Shown piece after piece: positions 1 through 12,494 of a stretch of DNA of 64,000 bases (position 1 is the first letter of the stretch; the number at the start of each line of letters is the position of its first letter). The stretch spans positions 224,001 through 288,000 of the forward strand of contig OY729427.2 in NCBI GenBank assembly GCA_963422375.2, read 5' to 3'. The translations under genes and the position numbers were made by a program. This DNA comes from Bryobacterales bacterium. Its GTDB lineage: Bacteria > Acidobacteriota > Terriglobia > Bryobacterales > UBA6623. The notes beneath the pieces were generated by a model, which was not told the origin of the DNA, made no database searches, and saw nothing but the letters and a program-made list of their open reading frames with translations.

Positions 1-1233
1 GTCCAGCCACGCCCGCCAGCAAAGCTTCCAGTGGGCGTACGGCGCATGGCGACCGTCGGGGAAGGCCTCTACAAGCCGCCGGAACATCCTGGGGTATTCG
101 GTCCGGTCGTCCCTCAGGTAGTAGAAGTTGCCGATCGACAGCAGCGCCTCCTGGTACCAAGGCGAGCTCCCGTGCCGCAGGGCCAGCTTCGAGAGGCTGG
201 AGAGCATGGGCCGGACGAGGCGCCGGCGCCGCTCTAGGGCGGCCAGCAGGTACAGCCTGCGCGCTTCGAGCTCGGGGTCTCCGGGACGCGCCTTCGCCAG
301 TGCGGAGTAGGCCGCCGCGTCGCTCCCCCGGCTGTAGTCGGAGTGGCCGCGAAGAATCACCGCCCGGTCGCGCTCCCCGCCGGCGAGGCCGCCTGCGAGA
401 GCGCGCGCGAACTCGGCCGATGCGCGGGCGTAGCTGCGCCCGGCGAGCAGGGCCTCCGCCCGCGCTAGGCGCCAGTCCGCGGGAGCGGACGGATACGCGC
501 CGCCCATGCGCGCGCGCAAGCTGTCGAGCAGCGATGAAGAAGCCTCGGCCTGGTCGGAGAACGGATGGAAGTAGTACGCTTCCCGATACAGCTTGACGGC
601 CTTCAGCAAGTTGCCGTCGAGGTGCTCCACGCGGCCGGCTAGGTAGAGGCGCACCGGAGCATCCAGCCGGCCGCCGAGGGACGCGAGGACGGCACGCGCC
701 TCGTCGCGGCGACGGAGCCGCAGGAAGCTCTCGACGCGCAGCCTCGTCGCCGCGGGCACGAACCGGCTCCCGGGGAATTCCGCGAGGAACCTCTCCAGCG
801 GCCCCAGCGCCCTGGCGAAATCCTCGGCCAAGACGATGCAGCGCGCGCGGTAGTAGGCAGCGTACTCGCGCCGCCAGGCGACCCGCCCGCTGATCGCGGC
901 GAACGCTGACTCCGCCGCGGGGTAGTCCCGGGCGTCGTACCGGGCCATGCCGATCGCATGCAGCGCCAAGTCGCGATTCGCTCCGTCCGTGCCGTCCGCG
1001 TAGCTCTGGAGAGCCCGGAAGTTGGCGGCGGACCTGTTGCTCGCGAGCCTGCGGCTCAGCTCGCTCAGCGCCGCCGGAACCGTGGCGGCCGCGGAGGCAC
1101 GAACCGACAGGCCGATTGCGGCAAGGCAGAGCGCCGGCGCGAGGGAGGCGGCCAGGACGCGCCGCGGGGCATCGGAACGCCGACGGACCCTGACACGCGC
1201 CCGCAACCACCCCAGGTCCGTCGCCAGCGTCAT
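1..1233 (-). CDS. TPR-repeat, probable soluble lytic transglycosylase (Slt-like) protein; partial, runs off the left edge
   Basis: Not in the ORF track; both ends translated by hand and in the same frame. ATG at 1233 overlaps the upstream stop (ATGA). Hydrophobic signal-like N-terminus; segment SPWYQEALLSIGNFYY...FPDGRHAPYAHWKLCW resembles acidobacterial TPR-Slt proteins. The SLT domain would lie outside the window. Confidence 0.65.
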   Translation of the reverse strand, partial: MTLATDLGWLRARVRVRRRSDAPRRVLAASLAPALCLAAIGLSVRASAAATVPAALSELSRRLASNRSAANFRALQSYADGTDGANRDLALHAIGMARYDARDYPAAESAFAAISGRVAWRREYAAYYRARCIVLAEDFARALGPLERFLAEFPGSRFVPAATRLRVESFLRLRRRDEARAVLASLGGRLDAPVRLYLAGRVEHLDGNLLKAVKLYREAYYFHPFSDQAEASSSLLDSLRARMGGAYPSAPADWRLARAEALLAGRSYARASAEFARALAGGLAGGERDRAVILRGHSDYSRGSDAAAYSALAKARPGDPELEARRLYLLAALERRRRLVRPMLSSLSKLALRHGSSPWYQEALLSIGNFYYLRDDRTEYPRMFRRLVEAFPDGRHAPYAHWKLCWRAWLD

Positions 1234-1856
1234 TGCCGATCTCGGTCCTCACGCGAGCCCAGCGCCTCGATCCACGCCTCAGCCGTGAGCACGAGCACCT
1301 CGACCACGGCCGCCCGAAGGGTCCCTCCTTCGACGATCAGCACCGCAAGCACGGTCTCGCGAAGGATCAGCGGCTGGACGCGCAGGTCCTCGTCGCCGGC
1401 GTAGGAAAGCCGCTTCCACAGGCCGTGCGAAACGTTGCGCTGCGTCGCCGTCGAGACTACCGTGTCCCGGGTCTCGATCGCGTGCGCGATGGCCGGCGCG
1501 GAGGCGAGACCCACGGAAAGCCCCTCCAAGTCGCGTGCAGTGCAGCCCTGGCCGGCCGAGTGGAAGCCGATCAGCGTGCCCTCGCTGTGCAGCAGCAGAG
1601 CCGCGCGCCGGCTGAAGAGCGCCGATGTCTCGACCAGCTCGGCCAGCACGGCCGAGACCTCCCCGGCGTTTCGAATCCTCCGGATCGCCCCGGAAATGCG
1701 ATCCAGGATCTGCGAAGTCTCCCTAGCGGAAGCTTCCTTGGTCCGAGCGAGGCTGTCTTCCGCCAGGCGCTCCATCTCCGCGCTCAAGCGGGCCATGTGA
1801 TCCTGGCAAATCGATTGGATCTCGCTCTGCAGCGACAGATCTGAAACCTCCTCCAA
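1230..1856 (-). CDS. Hypothetical protein with coiled-coil N-terminus and GAF-like C-terminus
   Basis: 208-aa ORF with protein-like composition; RRAALLLH...IAHAIETRDTVV...VQPLILRETVLAVLIV is GAF-like; stop overlaps the next start. Confidence 0.6.
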   Translation of the reverse strand: MEEVSDLSLQSEIQSICQDHMARLSAEMERLAEDSLARTKEASARETSQILDRISGAIRRIRNAGEVSAVLAELVETSALFSRRAALLLHSEGTLIGFHSAGQGCTARDLEGLSVGLASAPAIAHAIETRDTVVSTATQRNVSHGLWKRLSYAGDEDLRVQPLILRETVLAVLIVEGGTLRAAVVEVLVLTAEAWIEALGSREDRDRQ

Positions 1857-1936
1857 GCCGGACCGCTCAAGAGCCCGCTCTGCTATCTTATCGTAAGAGC
1901 CCGCCCGCGGGAGCCTGCGGGCGGGAGGCGGGCGCG

Positions 1937-2647
1937 GTGATCGACATTGCGGGCCAAGTCGCCGTGGTCACCGGCGGCAGCCGAGGCATCGGTCTGGCGA
2001 TCGCCCGGGCGCTGGCGGCCGAGGGCGCGTCGGTCGCCATCTGCGGTCGCGACGAGTCCGCCCTCGCGGAGGCGCTGCGGGAATTGCGGGCTTCCGGCCG
2101 CGCCGTCGGCCGGGCCTGCGACGTGGGGAGCTGGGAGCAGGCGGAAGCGTTCTACGCATTCGTCGACCTCGAGTTAGGAGGCGTGGACATCCTAGTGAAC
2201 AACGCCGGCGTGGGCCGCTTCGCCCCGGTCGACGAGCTGGACCCGGCGGAATGGGACGAGATGATCCGCACCAACCTCAGCGGGCCGTTCTACTTCTCGC
2301 GCCTAGCGGCGCCGCGCATGAAGCGGCGCGGAGGCGGTTTCATCCTGAACATCGGGAGTCTGGCCGGGAAGCACCCTTTCGCCACGGGCGCGGCGTACAA
2401 CGCCTCCAAGTTCGGGCTGGCCGGCTTGACCGAAGCGATGATGCTAGACCTGCGCTACGCGAACATCCGGGTCAGCACCATCATGCCGGGCAGCGTGCAG
2501 ACCGGGTTCCGGTCCGGCTCCAAGAACGCCGACTGGAAGCTCGATCCAGCGGCCGTCGCGTCGATGGCGGTTCACCTCATCAGAACCCCGGCCCGGAATC
2601 TGGCGAGCCGCGTCGAGATGCGGCCGAGTCGACCCCGCCGTTCCTGA
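1937..2647 (+). CDS. SDR-family oxidoreductase
   Basis: TGGSRGIG, NNAG and YNASK motifs; GGGAGG SD upstream. Confidence 0.93.
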   Translation: MIDIAGQVAVVTGGSRGIGLAIARALAAEGASVAICGRDESALAEALRELRASGRAVGRACDVGSWEQAEAFYAFVDLELGGVDILVNNAGVGRFAPVDELDPAEWDEMIRTNLSGPFYFSRLAAPRMKRRGGGFILNIGSLAGKHPFATGAAYNASKFGLAGLTEAMMLDLRYANIRVSTIMPGSVQTGFRSGSKNADWKLDPAAVASMAVHLIRTPARNLASRVEMRPSRPRRS

Positions 2648-2709
2648 CGCCCCGCGAGGTAGCGGGCGACCGTCCCGGAAGCTCGCGCCGAGGGCCGCCC
2701 CGCTCTCGT

Positions 2710-5352
<2,643 letters not shown>

Positions 5353-5894
5353 GGAAGTCGCAGCGGGGGGAGAATCCGCGCCCCGGCCAGATTCCTCATA
5401 GTACTGGACGCGTCAAAAGTCATGTAATTGCTCACCTAGGGGTCCCGACAGGTGGACGGGCATTGAGGCGTGTCACAGCGCAGCAGGGCGGCGCAATGTT
5501 ACGGCGCTACGGCCAAGAGTGCCCCCGGACGCAAAGTCGACCGCGAGGCATCGCCGCCCTGAGCGGTACGCCGGGCCAGGCGGGCGACGCCGGCTTGCGG
5601 TTACCGCGTCCATGCGTTCCCCCAAGCCGGCTTCCTCGCGGACGGCGCCTTGTTGCTGAGCCACCGCAACCCGTCCGGCACGGTGTCGATACGAGACTAG
5701 CCGGATTTCCAACAGTGACAACGCTCGAAAATCGCAACGGTAGACGTCACTGAGCTGACGGTCGCCGATTAGGAATTCGATGTCAAGCAACGACAGGTAT
5801 TTTCTGCGAATGCCGAATACCAACGGCGCCCGCAGTACCGACTTGACCGGGAAAGCGACCCTGCACGCGTCGGCGCCGGAGCCGCGAACCGGAC

Positions 5895-6578
5895 TCAGGC
5901 GTCGAGGGCGGCCCAGTCCCGCAGGTTGTGCGGATCGAGGCCCGAGATCATGGACACGCCGTCCGCGCCCGCCGCGAGTACGCGGGCGGCGTTCGCGACG
6001 GTAATTCCGCCGATCGCGACTAAGGGCTTCGACGTCAGGGAGCGCGCCAGCCTCACGCCCTCCAGCCCGACCGCAGGTTCCGGCCGCTCCTTGCTCCGCG
6101 TCCCGAATACAGGCCCGACGGCGAGGTAGTCCGCCCAGCGACACTCGTCCGCGGCGATCTGGGCGGCGTTGTGGGTCGAGTAGCCGACGACAAGGCCGTC
6201 TCCGACCAGCCGGCGCACGTCCGCGAGGGGGAGATCGTCCTGGCCGACGTGAACGCCGTGCGCCCTCAATGCCAGCGCGATGTCCGCCCGGTCGTTGAGG
6301 ATGAAGCAGACGCCGGCCGCGCGGAAGACGGCGGCGACCCGGGAGGCCTCCTCGTACGCCGCCCGGGTGAAGCTGCCCTTGTGGCGGTACTGCGCGATCC
6401 GGATGCCGGCGCACGCAAGATCTTCGGCGATCCGCGCCGCGCTGCGTCCGCGCGCCTCGAGGTGCGCCCTGTCGAGAATCGGATAGACCCGCGGGAAGGG
6501 CGCGAGAACCGACTGCTTGCGCGGGGGCGCCGCAGCCATGGGTGGAACTGCAACCGACTGAAGCACCTGTCCGAGCAC
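5895..6578 (-). CDS. thiE: Thiamine-phosphate synthase (start may be the ATG near 6539)
   Basis: QYRHK, LNDR, GVHVGQDD, GYSTH, GPVFGTRSK and PLVAIGGI motifs. Confidence 0.92.
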   Translation of the reverse strand: MLGQVLQSVAVPPMAAAPPRKQSVLAPFPRVYPILDRAHLEARGRSAARIAEDLACAGIRIAQYRHKGSFTRAAYEEASRVAAVFRAAGVCFILNDRADIALALRAHGVHVGQDDLPLADVRRLVGDGLVVGYSTHNAAQIAADECRWADYLAVGPVFGTRSKERPEPAVGLEGVRLARSLTSKPLVAIGGITVANAARVLAAGADGVSMISGLDPHNLRDWAALDA

Positions 6579-6584
6579 GAGAGG

Positions 6585-7166
6585 CTAGCGGATCTCCAAG
6601 ATCTCCCTTTCCTTGACCTCGCCGGCCGCGTTGATCTCCTTGATGGATTCGTCCGTAGCCTTCTGAATCTCGTCATGGGACCGCTTGCTCTCGTCCTCGG
6701 ATACGGCCTTGGACTTGGCGAGGTTCCGGACCGCCTCGTTCGCCTCGCGCCGCACGTTCCGCACGGCGACGCGATGCTGCTCGACGACCTTGTGCAGTGT
6801 CCGCACGAGCTCGCGCCGACGCTCCTTGGTCAGGGGCGGGATCGCGAGGCGGATGATCCTGCCGTCATTGGCGGGGTTGATCCCGAGGTCCGACACCCGG
6901 ATGGCCCGTTCGATCGACGCGATCTGCGACATGTCCCACGGCTGGACCGTGAGGGTCGTCGAGTTGGGCGTCGCGAGGGTGGCCATCTGGTTCAGGGGGG
7001 TCAGCGTGCCGTAGTAGTCCACAGCGATGGAATCGAGCAGGGCGATCGACGCGCGGCCGGTGCGGATCGAGGCCATGCCGCGTCCCAGGTCGTTCACCGC
7101 CCGGGCCATGCGCTCCCTGGCCTCCCGCATGATTTCCGCAACGGTCTCTCCGCGGATATGTGACAT
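6585..7166 (-). CDS. frr: Ribosome recycling factor
   Basis: IRTGRAS, PPLTKERRRELV and VRNVRR motifs; follows pyrH; GGAGG SD. Confidence 0.98.
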   Translation of the reverse strand: MSHIRGETVAEIMREARERMARAVNDLGRGMASIRTGRASIALLDSIAVDYYGTLTPLNQMATLATPNSTTLTVQPWDMSQIASIERAIRVSDLGINPANDGRIIRLAIPPLTKERRRELVRTLHKVVEQHRVAVRNVRREANEAVRNLAKSKAVSEDESKRSHDEIQKATDESIKEINAAGEVKEREILEIR

Positions 7167-7193
7167 GCAATTCGATCCTCCGAGCGAACCAGC

Positions 7194-7898
7194 TTAAGCC
7201 ATCAGGGTACCAGCGATCTCGCCGCGAGCGACGCGGGCGAGGCTGCCCGGGCGGTCCAGCCGGAACACCAGCACGGGCAGCTCGTGGTCCCGGCACATCG
7301 CGACCGACGTCGCGTCCATCACGGCCAGCCGGCCGGCGAGGACCCGGTCGTAGGTGACGGTGGAGTAGGCCCGAGCGTCCGGATGGACGACGGGGTCCCG
7401 GTCGAACACGCCGTCCACCTTCGTGCCCTTCGCGAGCAGGTCCGCCCCGACCTCGACCGCGCGCAGGGACGCGGCGGTGTCGGTCGTGAAGTAGGGATTC
7501 CCGGTACCCGCGCCGAGGACGACCACCGCGCCCTCCTCGAGCGCCCGCACGGCCTCGGACCGGCTGTACGGCGGGGCCGCCGGCTCGACCCGGATGGCGC
7601 TCATGGCGCTCGCCGGCACGCCCCGCGCGGCGAGTGCGCCGGCGAGCGCCATCGCGTTGACGACCGTGCCCAGCATGCCCATGTAGTCCGCCGTGACCCG
7701 GTCGATGCCCGTTGCGGCCAGCGCCGCGCCGCGCACGAAGTTCCCCGCGCCGACTACCACGGCCAGCTGCGCGCCGCAAGACCGCGCGTCCTCGATTTCC
7801 CCGGCCAGCCAAGCCAGCCGCGCGGGATCGACGGGGCCGGCCGCGCCCGCGAGCATCTCCCCCGAGAGCTTGAACAGGATACGACGCGGCTTGCCCAT
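7194..7898 (-). CDS. pyrH: Uridylate kinase
   Basis: KLSGE, DYMGML, GTGNPYFTTDTAA and VMDAT motifs. Confidence 0.98.
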   Translation of the reverse strand: MGKPRRILFKLSGEMLAGAAGPVDPARLAWLAGEIEDARSCGAQLAVVVGAGNFVRGAALAATGIDRVTADYMGMLGTVVNAMALAGALAARGVPASAMSAIRVEPAAPPYSRSEAVRALEEGAVVVLGAGTGNPYFTTDTAASLRAVEVGADLLAKGTKVDGVFDRDPVVHPDARAYSTVTYDRVLAGRLAVMDATSVAMCRDHELPVLVFRLDRPGSLARVARGEIAGTLMA

Positions 7899-7943
7899 GC
7901 CCGTCCTGCCCGATCGAACCAGGCGCCCGCCCGCGGCGGATGG

Positions 7944-8546
7944 CTAGGTCTCCTCGCCGACCTTGAAGCGCCGGAAGCGGCGGACCGCGAGGTTCTCGCC
8001 CAGCTTGGCGATCGCCGCCTGAACCAGCTCCCCGACGGTGGTCGACGGATCCTTGACGAAGGGCTGGTCGACCAGGACGATCTCCTCGTAGAACTTGCCC
8101 ATCCGGCCGTCTACGATGCGGTCGATCACGCGCTCCGGCTTGCCTTCCTGCAGCGCGCGGTCCCGCTGGATCTGGCGCTCGCTCGCCACGAGATCGGCGG
8201 GCACCTGGTCCCGCGTGACGTAGCGCGGATCCGCGGCCGCGATCTGCATCGCGATGTCCTTGACCAACTCCTGGAACTGGTCGGTCCGGGCGACGAAGTC
8301 CGACTCGCAGTTCATCTCCACCAGCACGCCCAGCTTCGCGCCGGCGTGGATGTAGCTGCCGATCACGCCCTCGTTGGCCGCCCGGCCCTTCTTCTTCTGG
8401 GCGATCGCGACGCCGCGCCTGCGCAGGGCGATCTCGGCCTTGGCCATGTCGCCGGCGGCGTCCACCAAGGCCTTCTTGCAGTCCATGAAACCCGCGCCGC
8501 TCTTGTCGCGCAGCTCCTTCACTTGCTTCGCGCTAATCGCTGCCAT
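7944..8546 (-). CDS. tsf: Elongation factor Ts (short ~200-aa form)
   Basis: VKELRDKSGAGFMDCKKAL and NCESDFVA motifs; lies between rpsB and pyrH. Confidence 0.98.
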   Translation of the reverse strand: MAAISAKQVKELRDKSGAGFMDCKKALVDAAGDMAKAEIALRRRGVAIAQKKKGRAANEGVIGSYIHAGAKLGVLVEMNCESDFVARTDQFQELVKDIAMQIAAADPRYVTRDQVPADLVASERQIQRDRALQEGKPERVIDRIVDGRMGKFYEEIVLVDQPFVKDPSTTVGELVQAAIAKLGENLAVRRFRRFKVGEET

Positions 8547-8601
8547 GACGCACCTCCCCTCGCGGACTCTCCAGGCCAGCGGCTCGCCGGAGCCGGACCG
8601 C

Positions 8602-9372
8602 TCAGGCCGCGCCCGCCTCGTCTCCCCCGCTCGCTCCGGCCGCCGAATCCCCGTCTTCCTCCGCGGACTCCTCCGATTCGGGCGGCGGCATCATCGCCCG
8701 CCCGGCGATCACGGCCTCGGCGACCCTCTTGGTATAGAGCCAGATCGAACGCAAGGCGTCGTCGTTTCCGGGGATCACGTGGTCCACCACGTCGGGATTG
8801 GAGTTCGTGTCCACCACCGCGATGACGGGAATGTTCAGCTTGCGGGCCTCGTGCACCGCGATCTCTTCCTTGCGGGTGTCGATGACGAAGACCATGTCGG
8901 GCAGGCCCGGCATCTCCTTGATCCCGGCGATGTTGGCCTGCAAGGCCTTGCGCTCGCGCTCGAGGCGCGAGATTTCCTTCTTGCTGCGGCCCTCGTAGCC
9001 TTCCTCATCGGCGAGGCGCTGTAGCTCCTTGAAGCGCACGAGCGACTTCTGCACCGTGACCCAGTTGGTCAGCAGGCCGCCGAGCCAGCGGTGATTGACG
9101 TAGTACATGCCGCAGCGCTGCGCCTCCTCGGCGATCGCCTCTTGCGCCTGGCGCTTGGTCCCGACGAACAGGATGTTCTTGCCGAGACTCGCCTGCTCGG
9201 TGATGAACTGCAGCGCCTCCTTGAAGTTCTTGAGGGTCTTCTGGAGGTCGATGATGTGGATGTTGTTGCGCTCGCCGAAGATGAACTCCTTCATCTTCGG
9301 ATTCCAGTGCCTGGTCTGGTGCCCGAAATGAACGCCGGATTCGAGCAATTCCTTCATTGTGATTGGCGACAC
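8602..9372 (-). CDS. rpsB: 30S ribosomal protein S2
   Basis: [24 protein letters not shown] and IPGNDDA motifs. Confidence 0.99.
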   Translation of the reverse strand: MSPITMKELLESGVHFGHQTRHWNPKMKEFIFGERNNIHIIDLQKTLKNFKEALQFITEQASLGKNILFVGTKRQAQEAIAEEAQRCGMYYVNHRWLGGLLTNWVTVQKSLVRFKELQRLADEEGYEGRSKKEISRLERERKALQANIAGIKEMPGLPDMVFVIDTRKEEIAVHEARKLNIPVIAVVDTNSNPDVVDHVIPGNDDALRSIWLYTKRVAEAVIAGRAMMPPPESEESAEEDGDSAAGASGGDEAGAA

Positions 9373-9380
9373 GTTTCCTC

Positions 9381-9478
9381 CGTCGTTGGCTGTGCGCTAG
9401 GTTGCGGCGACGCGCTACACGCCGCCCCGGGGCGGCCGGATCCGTCCAAGCAGGATTTGGCACAGGCCGCGAACGACG
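9381..9478 (-). promoter_or_regulatory. Structured rpsB 5' leader (candidate S2 autoregulatory r-leader)
   Basis: On the minus strand CGTCGTT...CTGTGC pairs with GCACAG...AACGACG directly before GGAGG; internal hairpin GCCGCC-CCGG-GGCGGC. Confidence 0.5.
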
Positions 9479-9493
9479 CGCGAGTAACGCCGG

Positions 9494-9889
9494 CTAGCGC
9501 TTCGAGTACTGGAACCTCTTCCGGGCCCCGGGTCGGCCGTACTTCTTGCGCTCGTGCTTGCGCGGGTCGCGCGTGAGGTAGCCGCCCTTCTTGAGCAGGG
9601 GCCGCAGCTCGGAATTGAAGTTCTGCAGCGCCCGGGCGATTCCCAGACGCACGGCGTCGGCCTGCCCGGCCTTCCCGCCGCCGCGTACGAGCACCAAGGC
9701 GTCGAACTTGGTGTCCGTCTCGCTGGCCTTCAGCGGCTGCCAGATCTTGCTCTTCTGGATCTCGGTGGGGAAGTAGGCCTCGGGGGCCTGCCGGTTGATC
9801 TCGAGCTTGCCCGTGCCGGGACGCAGGAAGACCCGCGCCACGGCTGTCTTGCGGCGACCCGTGCCAAGATACTGCTGCTGAATAGTCAA
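9494..9889 (-). CDS. rpsI: 30S ribosomal protein S9
   Basis: [20 protein letters not shown] and [19 protein letters not shown] motifs. Confidence 0.99.
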   Translation of the reverse strand: MTIQQQYLGTGRRKTAVARVFLRPGTGKLEINRQAPEAYFPTEIQKSKIWQPLKASETDTKFDALVLVRGGGKAGQADAVRLGIARALQNFNSELRPLLKKGGYLTRDPRKHERKKYGRPGARKRFQYSKR

Positions 9890-9913
9890 CGAACCGGTTC
9901 CCTTCCCCCGTCC

Positions 9914-10348
9914 CTAGAGCTGCCACTGCCTGGGCTGCTGCGCGTGGTGCGGATGGTCCGCGCCGACGTACACCTTGAGCCTGGTCCGGAGCTGGCGCCC
10001 GAGCTTGTTCTTCGGCAGCATGCCCGCGACGGCGCGCTGCACGAGCCTCTCCGGATGGCGCTCGCGGACCTCGCGCACCGTCTCCCTCTTCAAGCCGCCG
10101 GGATACCCGGAGTGCCGGTAGTAGACCTTGTCGGTCTCCTTCTTGCCGGTGAGGCACACCTTGCCGGCGTTGACGACGACGACGAAGTCGCCGGTCTTGA
10201 GGAACGGCGTGAAATCGGGCTTGTGCTTGCCCCGCAGCAGCGTCGCCGCCTGCGTGGCCAAGCGCCCCAGCGTCTTGCCGTCGGCATCCAGGACATACCA
10301 GTGGTGCTTCAGGTCGGACGCCTTCGGGATGTAGGTGCTGGTTGGCAT
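9914..10348 (-). CDS. rplM: 50S ribosomal protein L13
   Basis: [30 protein letters not shown] and GMLPKN motifs; start set at MPTSTY. Confidence 0.98.
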   Translation of the reverse strand: MPTSTYIPKASDLKHHWYVLDADGKTLGRLATQAATLLRGKHKPDFTPFLKTGDFVVVVNAGKVCLTGKKETDKVYYRHSGYPGGLKRETVREVRERHPERLVQRAVAGMLPKNKLGRQLRTRLKVYVGADHPHHAQQPRQWQL

Positions 10349-10391
10349 CGTCACGGCCGACGTCCCGCAGGCGCGCCTGCCCCCTGCCTTC

Positions 10392-10421
10392 ATACTAGCG
10401 CGGTTCCCCGGGGAGGGTCAA
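10392..10421 (-). promoter_or_regulatory. sigma70-type promoter of the rplM operon
   Basis: TTGACC-N18-TAGTAT on the minus strand, about 44 nt upstream of the rplM start. Confidence 0.65.
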
Positions 10422-10476
10422 ACGACGCTCGCCGAAGCCCGGCGCCCGCAGCAGCGGGACCGCCAGGCGGATCGGC

Positions 10477-10590
10477 CGCGGCCTCGCGGGCACGAGGCCG
10501 CGCCGGTTCGGCAGATTCGAGGGCTTCGCCCCGGTGCATCCCGACGAGGACCCGCCCGGCGCGGGCGCGCCGAGACTCCCGCCGGGCGGG
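10477..10590. repeat. Two GC-rich inverted repeats (terminator- or REP-like)
   Basis: CGCGGCCTCG/CGAGGCCGCG (10477-10502) and CCCGCCCGGCG/CGCCGGGCGGG (10551-10590), between the sulfatase stop and the rplM promoter; no U-tract. Confidence 0.45.
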
Positions 10591-10688
10591 AATCGCGTTG
10601 CCCAACCGTTGCGCGGGGACGGGGACGGCTTCGCGGCCCGTCGGGCGGCGCCGAGGCCGTCTGACGGACCGATGCGACACCGGTCGAG

Positions 10689-12458
10689 TCAGGCGAAGGG
10701 CCATCTCCGGACCGCGCCCGCGCCGTCCGCACGAACGAGGTCGGCGCGCCGGCACTCGACCACGCCCGGCCCGCCGGGAAACCGGAGCGAGAACCAAGCC
10801 AGCCAGCCCTGGCAGTCGAAATCGACCGCCAGCCGCTGCCAGCGAGCCCCGGCGGCCAGGTAGGCGGGCACCGTGCCGGCCCCGCCCATGCTGGCCGGAT
10901 GCCCCCAGCGGACGGCCAGGTCCCGCGGCGCGTCGGAGCGCATCTCGAGCTCGAGCCGCAGGCCGCCTCCCGGCGCGACCCACGGGACCACCACCTCGCG
11001 CGAGCGATCCCCTTGCCACTCCATGCGCAGCGGGCCGCCTGACTTGGTCAGAATCCCGTTGTTGGTATACCAGCCGTCGACCATGGTCCGCAGCGCGTAT
11101 TCCGCCGGCAGGGACGGCTCGAGCCGGCGTCCCCGGTCGCCGGATTCCTCGATCCAGAGCTCGAGCGCGACGCGCATGCGCGCCCCCGTCTGCGCGTGCT
11201 CCGGGGCGTCGGCCAAGTTGCGGACCTCGTGCGGGTCGGCCTCCAGGTCGTAGAGCTCCCACTCCGGGCGGCTCGGCGCGAGCCACAGCGCGGCCGGCCC
11301 CTCAAGCTTGCCTTCCGCATGCAACTGCCGCATCACCTGCAGGGCGGGGTAGCTCGTGTCCTTGTAGTGATTCTTCTGCGCGTACGACCGCTCCGGGAGG
11401 AAGTTCCGGATCAGCTTCCAGCGCTTGTCCCTGACGCAACGGATGCGGTCCACAGTCTCGTCGCAGCGGTCCCTGGCCGAGAAGGCGTAGGGCGGCTCCG
11501 GGTCGGCTCCGGGCCCTAGGAAAACCCTGCCCTGCATCGCGCCGGGCCGCTCGATTTCCGCGAGCGCCAGCGAGGTGGCGGTGATGTCGATGTGCTGCAG
11601 CAGACGGTCGTCCGCCGCGCCCGGCTCGAAGCCCGGCGGGCGGTACGCCTCGGGGATCCGCACGATCAGGGGGACCCGGACGCCCTGTTCGTAGAGCCAC
11701 TGCTTGCCGCGATGCAGCGCCTGCCCGTGGTCGCCGAAGAAGAAGATGATCGTGCGCTCGTACAGGCCCTCTTCCTTCAAGCGCCTCAGGATCTTCCCCA
11801 CCTTGACATCCAGGTGCTGGGCGGTATCGAGGTATAGGGCCAGATCCTCCCGCACCACCGGATGGTCGGGGTAGAACGGCGGCAGCGGGACGCTGGCCGG
11901 ATCCACGGGAGCGTCGTCGAAGCGCCGGAACTTCCGGTGAGTCTCCGGCAGGTTGACTTGCGAGTAGAACGGCGCACCGGTCGGGCGCTCGCTCCAGTCC
12001 GCGCCGTCGAACGGCTTGGCGACGCGGAAGTTGAAATCCGTCTTGCCTCGCACCTGCACGCCCGGCGCGGGATTCCTGCAGTTAGAGACGTGATAGCCCG
12101 CCTCCCGGAAGAGCCCGGTCACCGTCGGCACGCCCTCGGGAAGATCGTGGGGCCGGTCGCGATGGCTGCGGTGGTTGTGGGCGCCGATGGTCGTCTGGAA
12201 CATCCCGGTCATCAGCGCGGAGCGCGCCGCCGAGCACACGGCCGCGGTGCAGATGCACTGGGTGTAGCGCACGCCTTCAGCGGCGAGGCGATCCAGGTTG
12301 GGCGTGCGCACGAGGTCGTTGCCGTAGCATCCGAGGTCCGGCGAGAAATCCTCCGCCAGAATCCACAGCACGTTCGGGCGCGAGCGCCCCGGCAGGCAGC
12401 CGCTGGCGGCCAGGCCGGGAACGGCCCCGCCCATGCGCAGAAAGGCCCGTCGCTGCAT
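10689..12458 (-). CDS. Sulfatase (S1 family), predicted Tat-exported lipoprotein with C-terminal extension
   Basis: MQRRAFLR Tat motif, LAASGC lipobox-like, RPNVLWILAED, CSAARSALMTG, GDHG and ELYDLEADPHEVRNLA. Confidence 0.9.
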   Translation of the reverse strand: MQRRAFLRMGGAVPGLAASGCLPGRSRPNVLWILAEDFSPDLGCYGNDLVRTPNLDRLAAEGVRYTQCICTAAVCSAARSALMTGMFQTTIGAHNHRSHRDRPHDLPEGVPTVTGLFREAGYHVSNCRNPAPGVQVRGKTDFNFRVAKPFDGADWSERPTGAPFYSQVNLPETHRKFRRFDDAPVDPASVPLPPFYPDHPVVREDLALYLDTAQHLDVKVGKILRRLKEEGLYERTIIFFFGDHGQALHRGKQWLYEQGVRVPLIVRIPEAYRPPGFEPGAADDRLLQHIDITATSLALAEIERPGAMQGRVFLGPGADPEPPYAFSARDRCDETVDRIRCVRDKRWKLIRNFLPERSYAQKNHYKDTSYPALQVMRQLHAEGKLEGPAALWLAPSRPEWELYDLEADPHEVRNLADAPEHAQTGARMRVALELWIEESGDRGRRLEPSLPAEYALRTMVDGWYTNNGILTKSGGPLRMEWQGDRSREVVVPWVAPGGGLRLELEMRSDAPRDLAVRWGHPASMGGAGTVPAYLAAGARWQRLAVDFDCQGWLAWFSLRFPGGPGVVECRRADLVRADGAGAVRRWPFA

Positions 12459-12494
12459 GGGCTCGATTCTACCCGCGGAGCGAGAGCCCGACGC

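Noticed and set aside
6579..6584. TPP riboswitch ahead of thiE
   Set aside because: thiE follows frr almost directly, leaving no room or motif for a riboswitch.
7944..8546. Short EF-Ts as a truncation
   Set aside because: The ~200-aa EF-Ts form is well known in several phyla.
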